Part shown: in pieces, positions 23,758 to 28,313 of the stretch
Numbering within the stretch: position 1 is the first letter of the stretch
Layout of the letters: every line of letters starts with the position of its first letter
Source: a virus
Taxonomy: Duplodnaviria > Caudoviricetes
Strand: one strand, 5' to 3'
DNA: 28,313 nucleotides
Virus record (IMG/VR): IMGVR_UViG_3300032266_000692
Span: 1-28,313 of that record
Made by a program: the position numbers and the translations under genes
Notes under the pieces: model-generated
Seen by the model: only the letters and a program-made list of their open reading frames with translations
Database searches by the model: none
What the model was told of the DNA's origin: nothing

Positions 23758-24602
23758 TGAATGCCACCATCTACCGCGACATGCCCGAGGCCGAATACCG
23801 CGCCATCCGCGCCGTCAACGCCTCGAGCCTCAAGGCCGGCGCCGTGAGCATGGCGCACATGAAGCTCGCCATGGCCGGCGACTCGACCACCTCGGCGGCC
23901 AAGGAGCTCGGCTCCCTCGCCCACCTCGCCATTCTCGAGCCCGCCCGATTCGACCAGGTGCGCGTGGCTCCCGACTTCGGAGACCAGCGCACCAAGGCCG
24001 GCAAGGAGGCCAAGGCCGCGTGGCTCTCGGGCCTCGAGCCCGGCGCCCGCATCGCCGACATCGACGACCACAACGCCGCCAAGGCCATGGCCGCGGCGTG
24101 CTACGCCCATGAGGATCTCGCCCTCGCTCTCCGTCATCCGGACGGCCAGAACGAGGTGGTAATCACGTGGACCGACCGTACCACGGGCTTAGCTTGCAAG
24201 GCCCGCATCGACCGCCTCATCCTCGGGCGGATGATCCTCGACGTGAAAACCGCCCGCAGCGCGACGGCCTTTGGATTCTCGCGGGCCGTCGCCGCCTACG
24301 GGTATCACTTGCAAGCCGCGTGGTACTCGCGTGCCGTCGAGGAGCTCACCCGAGAGGAGACGCCGCCCTTTGGCTTCGCCGTGGTCGAGAGCTCGGCGCC
24401 CTTCGGCGCGGCGTGCTACGTGCTCGATCCGGCCGACATCGACGCCGCGGACCAGCAAAACTCGCGGATTCTCGCCCAGTGGGCGAAGGCCGTCGAGACG
24501 GGTACCTACTCTTCGATTCAACCGGATGGCCGCATGAGCACCATCCGCCTTCCCTCATGGCTGAACGGCGAATCCAATGTGGATCTCGCCGGCGAGGCCT
24601 AA
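23757..24602 (+). CDS. RecE/exonuclease VIII-like PD-(D/E)XK nuclease (DUF3799-like)
   Basis: YRAIRAVNASSLK, LGSLAHLAILEP, CKARIDRL, ILDVKT, YGYHLQAAWY, FGFAVVE. Confidence 0.87.
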   Translation: MNATIYRDMPEAEYRAIRAVNASSLKAGAVSMAHMKLAMAGDSTTSAAKELGSLAHLAILEPARFDQVRVAPDFGDQRTKAGKEAKAAWLSGLEPGARIADIDDHNAAKAMAAACYAHEDLALALRHPDGQNEVVITWTDRTTGLACKARIDRLILGRMILDVKTARSATAFGFSRAVAAYGYHLQAAWYSRAVEELTREETPPFGFAVVESSAPFGAACYVLDPADIDAADQQNSRILAQWAKAVETGTYSSIQPDGRMSTIRLPSWLNGESNVDLAGEA

Positions 24603-24606
24603 ACCC

Positions 24607-24621
24607 CAGCAGGAGCAACCC
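24607..24621 (+). promoter_or_regulatory. Start-associated 15-mer, copy 4
   Basis: Identical 15-mer, then AA and GTG at 24624. Confidence 0.9.
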
Positions 24622-24623
24622 AA

Positions 24624-25346
24624 GTGAGCGACACCATCGATATCGACGCCATCATGACCAAGGCCGCACCCAACCGGCCCGAGCCCATCAAGACCGCCCC
24701 GCAGGCCGTGGAGGTGCGCCGCGTGGACGTGCCGATCTCGGCCCGCGGTCTCGAGGCCACGAACCTCGAGGGCCTCAAGGCCGTGGCCAACATGTATCTC
24801 CTCGGCCACGTCTTGCCGGCGAACATCTTCACCGACTGCCCCGGCGATCACACGGCCCGCCTCGCCCGCGTGTGCTGCGTGATCGAGAAGGGGATCAGCC
24901 TGGGCCTCGCGCCCAGCGAATCCCTTCACCAGATCAGCTACATCAACGGCCGACTCACCGCGTGGGGCGACGCACTCGTGGCGTGCGCCAAGCGGCACCC
25001 CCAATGCCGCGGCATCACCACCCAGCTCGTGGGCGAGGGCGACAAGCGCGCCGCCATCGTCACCGCCTACCGCGAGGGTTCGCCCGAGGTGGTGGTGAAG
25101 TTCTCGGTGGAGGACGCCAAGCGCGCCGGCCTGTGGGGCAAGCGTGGCCCGTGGGCCGCGTACCCCGACCGCATGCTCCAACAGCGCGCTCGCGGCTTCG
25201 CCATCCGTGACCAGTTCCCCGACGCCCTTATGGGCCTCATCACCACGGAGGAGGCCATGGACTACGACATGACCGAGGGCACCACCGCGAAGATCGAGGC
25301 GAAGCAAAGCGCGGCCGACGCCGCCCGCGCGAAGCTCGCCCAGTAA
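24624..25346 (+). CDS. RecT-like single-strand annealing recombinase
   Basis: GISLGLAP..SL..I..INGR...WGD, FSVEDAKRAGLWGK.GPW..YPDRML..RA, FPDALMGL; adjacent to the RecE-like gene. Confidence 0.85.
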   Translation: MSDTIDIDAIMTKAAPNRPEPIKTAPQAVEVRRVDVPISARGLEATNLEGLKAVANMYLLGHVLPANIFTDCPGDHTARLARVCCVIEKGISLGLAPSESLHQISYINGRLTAWGDALVACAKRHPQCRGITTQLVGEGDKRAAIVTAYREGSPEVVVKFSVEDAKRAGLWGKRGPWAAYPDRMLQQRARGFAIRDQFPDALMGLITTEEAMDYDMTEGTTAKIEAKQSAADAARAKLAQ

Positions 25347-25369
25347 ACTGACAGCACAAGGAGACCCCC

Positions 25370-25732
25370 ATGATCCAAGACTTCCTGATCGTTCTCAATC
25401 AAACCCGCGTCTACCACTGGCAAACCCCCAGCCACGCCGAGCACAAGGCGCTCGGCGAGCTCTACGCCACGCTTGACGACCTCGTGGACGACTTCATCGA
25501 GGCCCACAGCGGATTCGCCGGCAGCGTGGAGCGCGCCTCCGGAAGCTTCGACGCCTCCGCGATCAACTACGAATCCAGCGAGGCGCTCATGGGCTTCCTG
25601 GACTACGTGGTGAAGTTCCTCACCGTGAACCTCATGGAGCAGATTCAACCGGTGCAGACCGACCTCCTCAACGTGCGCGATGACATGCTCCGCGCCGTGA
25701 ACCGCGCCAAGTACCTCATCGGCAAGAAGTGA
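25370..25732 (+). CDS. Ferritin/Dps-like four-helix protein (DUF5856-like)
   Basis: YHWQT.SHAEHKALGELY..LDDLVDDFIE...DLLNVRDDM......KYL. Confidence 0.75.
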   Translation: MIQDFLIVLNQTRVYHWQTPSHAEHKALGELYATLDDLVDDFIEAHSGFAGSVERASGSFDASAINYESSEALMGFLDYVVKFLTVNLMEQIQPVQTDLLNVRDDMLRAVNRAKYLIGKK

Positions 25733-25740
25733 CACCCATA

Positions 25741-25915
25741 GGCGCAGGTGGTAAGGGCTACGACATCGGGCCCGAAACAGCGCCAGACCCCCAACCAAGC
25801 GCCGCTAATCCACGGCGCGGGTTGCTCCCCGCCGGCAGGTGGTGAGGTCGATGTGCTGGGCGCCAGCTCGGAGACGAGCTCCGCGCCCATTCGCTCGAGG
25901 CCAGCGTGGCCCGAG
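25741..25915 (+). ncRNA. Putative structured RNA or leader (unclassified)
   Basis: At least three hairpins, one with a GAGA (GNRA) tetraloop, in a 207-nt intergenic gap. Confidence 0.4.
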
Positions 25916-25939
25916 TTCGCACCTTAGTGGAGACTAACC

Positions 25940-26821
25940 GTGTCTCAGAATCTTCCCTTCGTGGGCGGCAGCGCCGCCCTTCCCATTCCCGAGCCCATCA
26001 AGTTCCTCGCCAAGAAGGACACCAAGGGCGAGACCGTGGTGGCATGGTCGCCCGAGCTCGCCGTCTACGTGATGGAGCACCACAACAAGCACAAGGAGCA
26101 GCGCAACCTCAACCTCAACGACTCGGCCAAGCTGGGCCGCGTGATGAAGGCCGGCGAGTGGCGCGAGGAGCACCGGGCCACGTGGATCGTTTTCGACCGA
26201 AACGGGAACCTGATCAACGGGCAGCACACCCTCGACGCCATCAGCAAGGGTAAGCACACGCTTCGAATCCGCACCGCGTGGGGAGATCCGGCCGAAGATA
26301 TCGCCCTGTACGACAACTTCCGCCCCAGGAGCGTGGCGTACCTCGTGGGCGTGCGCGGCCACAACTTCACCACGCTCCGCGCGGCATTCTCTCGGCTCCG
26401 CCTAGTCATCGACAAGGGCCTCCTCATGGCGAAGGTGGACCCGACCGACGTGGAGACCCTTACCAAGGGCGACAAGCTCGCCAATACGATCCTCGAGCGC
26501 GTCGGCGCGGCGTCCAAGCCCCTTCGCCAAGCTGGATTCCCGCCGGCGCTCACGGCCTACGCCGCGTGGCGAATCGCCAAGGTGCACGGCGTTGAGAAAA
26601 CGTGGGCCTTCTTCGACAGCATGATGAAGGGCGCAAACCTCGCCGAGGACGATCAGCGCCTCCAGCTCATCCGGCAGTTCCGAGCCAGCGGCTTCCAAAA
26701 TCAGACCGACCGAAACCGCGGCATCGCCCTGATCATCACCGCCTGGAATCTCCACCACGAGAAGAGCCGCGCCAAGCTCCGCGTGAAGAACATCGGCGGC
26801 ATTCCCAACGTGAACCCCTAA
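25940..26821 (+). CDS. ParB/Srx-like (DGQHR-type) domain protein
   Basis: SPELA...N...RNL...MKAGEW...IVFDRNGNLINGQHTLDAI; GGAG SD before GTG. Confidence 0.7.
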   Translation: MSQNLPFVGGSAALPIPEPIKFLAKKDTKGETVVAWSPELAVYVMEHHNKHKEQRNLNLNDSAKLGRVMKAGEWREEHRATWIVFDRNGNLINGQHTLDAISKGKHTLRIRTAWGDPAEDIALYDNFRPRSVAYLVGVRGHNFTTLRAAFSRLRLVIDKGLLMAKVDPTDVETLTKGDKLANTILERVGAASKPLRQAGFPPALTAYAAWRIAKVHGVEKTWAFFDSMMKGANLAEDDQRLQLIRQFRASGFQNQTDRNRGIALIITAWNLHHEKSRAKLRVKNIGGIPNVNP

Positions 26822-26831
26822 GGAGCAGCTC

Positions 26832-27092
26832 ATGAGCGACGACGAAATGAACCGTGACGAAGCCGCCACCCGCGCGGCGATGAACGTGGAGAGGGCCTAT
26901 ACCGCCGGCTGGAGGGCCTACCGCGACGGCGGGCTCCGACCCCCGGCATCGGACCCCATGGCCCTGCGCGGCTACCTTGAGGCCAAGCACGCCGCCGAGC
27001 TCGTGGGCCGCGAGATCCAGTGGAGCGCCGGCGAAACGTGGGTGGTGGGCTTCCCCAATCCCGAGACCCAGCGGGCGGAGGTGCCCAAGTGA
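26832..27092 (+). CDS. Small protein with Rmf/CrpP-like motif
   Basis: TAAGGAG SD; ERAYTAGWRAYRDG...P......LRGYLEA. Confidence 0.5.
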   Translation: MSDDEMNRDEAATRAAMNVERAYTAGWRAYRDGGLRPPASDPMALRGYLEAKHAAELVGREIQWSAGETWVVGFPNPETQRAEVPK

Positions 27093-27286
27093 GCGAGACC
27101 AAACCCGAGCCCATGCTGTTGACGGTGGCCGAGGTGGCCGAGCTCCTTTCCATCAGCCCGCGGAGCGTGTGGCGGCTGATCAAGCTGGGCAAGCTCGCCA
27201 GCGTGAAGCCCCTCGACTCCACGCGGGTGAGGAGGTCCGACCTCGAGGCCTTCGTTGCCAGCCTCGAGCCCGTGCGCCCAGCGTGA
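27089..27286 (+). CDS. Excisionase/AlpA-like HTH DNA-binding protein
   Basis: GGAGG then GTG at 27089; LLTVAEVAELLSISPRSVWRLIKLGKL...RVRRSDLEAF. Confidence 0.85.
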   Translation: MSETKPEPMLLTVAEVAELLSISPRSVWRLIKLGKLASVKPLDSTRVRRSDLEAFVASLEPVRPA

Positions 27287-27430
27287 TCGCGGCCTATTGT
27301 TCGGTGCTTACCCGGACGGCGAAATGACCCCAGATACCACCAATCCAGCGCAACATCCCCCCGCCTTGCCGCATGGTCACACGCCAGCGGGTAAGCCAGG
27401 GCGTGGGGGTGTCGCGCATGGAGATCAGAC

Positions 27431-28129
27431 ATGGCCAGCGATTGGATAAAGTGGGTGAAGGGCCTCACGCGACGGGCCGAGGTTGTCCGCATGGCGTGCG
27501 GACATCCGTCCGCATCGAACGTGGACCGCCGGCGGATCGCCGTGGCGTGCATGGAGTTCTGGGAATGGGCGGATGATGAGACAAGCGACGGCCAGCTCGT
27601 GGGCGTCGGCGCGGCCTTCATCGACGATCTCGTGGGCCTTCCCGGCTTCTACGCCGGCATGGTAACCGTGGGATGGATCATCGAAAACTCACCTAACTCC
27701 ATCATGCTGGCCAACTTCGACCGGCACAACGGCAGCACCGCCAAGCGTCGGGCAAAGGATGTGGAATACAAGCGTGAGGGGCGTTCGTCCGCATCTCGCG
27801 CGGACACACGTCCGCATCCGGCGCGGACAGATTGCGGACCAGAGAAGAGAAGAGAAGAGGAGAGGAGAGAAGAGGAACCTGCTCCTGAAACCGCCTCTCC
27901 AAAAATTGCGCCTACCTGCCCTAGCGCGGAGGAGCGAAATCAGATCAGGCAGGGCTTGATTCGGCTTGGCATTGAATCAGGAGCAGCTCAGCAGGTCTCA
28001 CTCCACCCCCTCCTCACCGTGGCCATGGTCACCAGCAACATGGCGAGCGTCAAGAAATCCCCCGGCGTGAAATCTCACGCGGCCGTTCTGCTCACGCGGC
28101 TTCGTCGTGAGCTGGAGATCGCGGAATGA
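27431..28129 (+). CDS. Putative phage replication initiator / replisome organiser
   Basis: MASDWIK, FWEWAD, FIDDLVGLPGF...GWI, NFDRHNGSTAKRRA and EKRREE linker, typical of lambdoid-type initiators. Confidence 0.7.
   Translation: MASDWIKWVKGLTRRAEVVRMACGHPSASNVDRRRIAVACMEFWEWADDETSDGQLVGVGAAFIDDLVGLPGFYAGMVTVGWIIENSPNSIMLANFDRHNGSTAKRRAKDVEYKREGRSSASRADTRPHPARTDCGPEKRREEERREEEPAPETASPKIAPTCPSAEERNQIRQGLIRLGIESGAAQQVSLHPLLTVAMVTSNMASVKKSPGVKSHAAVLLTRLRRELEIAE
27841..27877 (+). repeat. Pure-purine AGAGA/AGAGG repeat tract (candidate replication origin element)
   Basis: agagaagagaagagaagaggagaggagagaagaggaa inside the initiator linker. Confidence 0.6.
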
Positions 28130-28313
28130 ACACCGACGAATACATGCACGGGCTGTGGAATGGGCCGAATCGCCCTCAGTGGGCAAAGCCATATCGCCCA
28201 TACGCAACGGAAACTGTGGTAGTGGTCACGAGATATAGCAAGAGGCGACAATCACGAACGACAGTGAACCATGACTCCGAATATGCGCGATATCTCTTGA
28301 GCCCGCATTGGCA
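28126..28313 (+). CDS. HNH endonuclease, 5' part (continues through the join)
   Basis: ATG at 28126 overlaps the TGA of the upstream gene (ATGA); MNTDEYMHGLWNGPNRPQWAKPYRPYATETVVVVTRY is in frame with ORF 26..307. Confidence 0.8.
   Translation, partial: MNTDEYMHGLWNGPNRPQWAKPYRPYATETVVVVTRYSKRRQSRTTVNHDSEYARYLLSPHW
28191..28313. repeat. Terminal direct repeat, copy 2
   Basis: Identical to 1-123; implies a 28,190-bp unit genome. Confidence 0.97.

Noticed and set aside
25741-25915. tRNA or hammerhead ribozyme
   Set aside because: No TTCG T-loop or cloverleaf; GAAA is present but the CTGANGA core is absent.
1-28313. Very frequent CTCGAG/GAGCTC hexamers as a signal motif
   Set aside because: Largely explained by preferred CTC (Leu) and GAG (Glu) codons; not counted, so no claim is made.
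1-28313. Alternative genetic code or intron/intein-split genes
   Set aside because: Core genes are intact and of normal size in the standard code, with dense TGA/TAA stop-start coupling.

Overview
This window is most likely one complete, small tailed-phage genome of 28,190 bp, GC-rich by eye, with siphovirus-like (HK97-fold) architecture. Bases 1-123 are repeated exactly at 28191-28313, and an HNH gene reads in frame across the join. All credible genes (about 43) lie on the + strand, mostly coupled by ATGA/TGATG overlaps. Module order from the early promoter at about 22057: small early genes with a shared 15-nt leader, RecE-like and RecT-like recombination pair, ferritin-like protein, ParB-like protein, Rmf-like protein, Xis-like HTH, replication initiator, HNH, DnaA-IV-like HTH, C5 DNA methyltransferase, VRR-NUC nuclease, membrane/lysis genes, terminase, portal-X-MuF fusion, protease, capsid, decoration proteins, neck, tail tube, short tape measure, tail tip/fibre genes and Cys-rich proteins. 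I see no integrase, CI-type repressor, endolysin, tail chaperone, tRNA or CRISPR array. Most notable: (1) a dual-coded methyltransferase whose +1 frame carries WPTP repeats and the missing motif IX; (2) an identical start-associated leader on early genes, with an antisense 10-mer inside a structured intergenic RNA; (3) a pseudoknot/switch plus leader peptide before the replication gene; (4) a small gene nested in the portal-MuF linker; (5) a lipoprotein-plus-3-TM lysis candidate; (6) an A-A-B-B duplicated tail tube protein. All product calls come from motif recognition by eye, not database searches.
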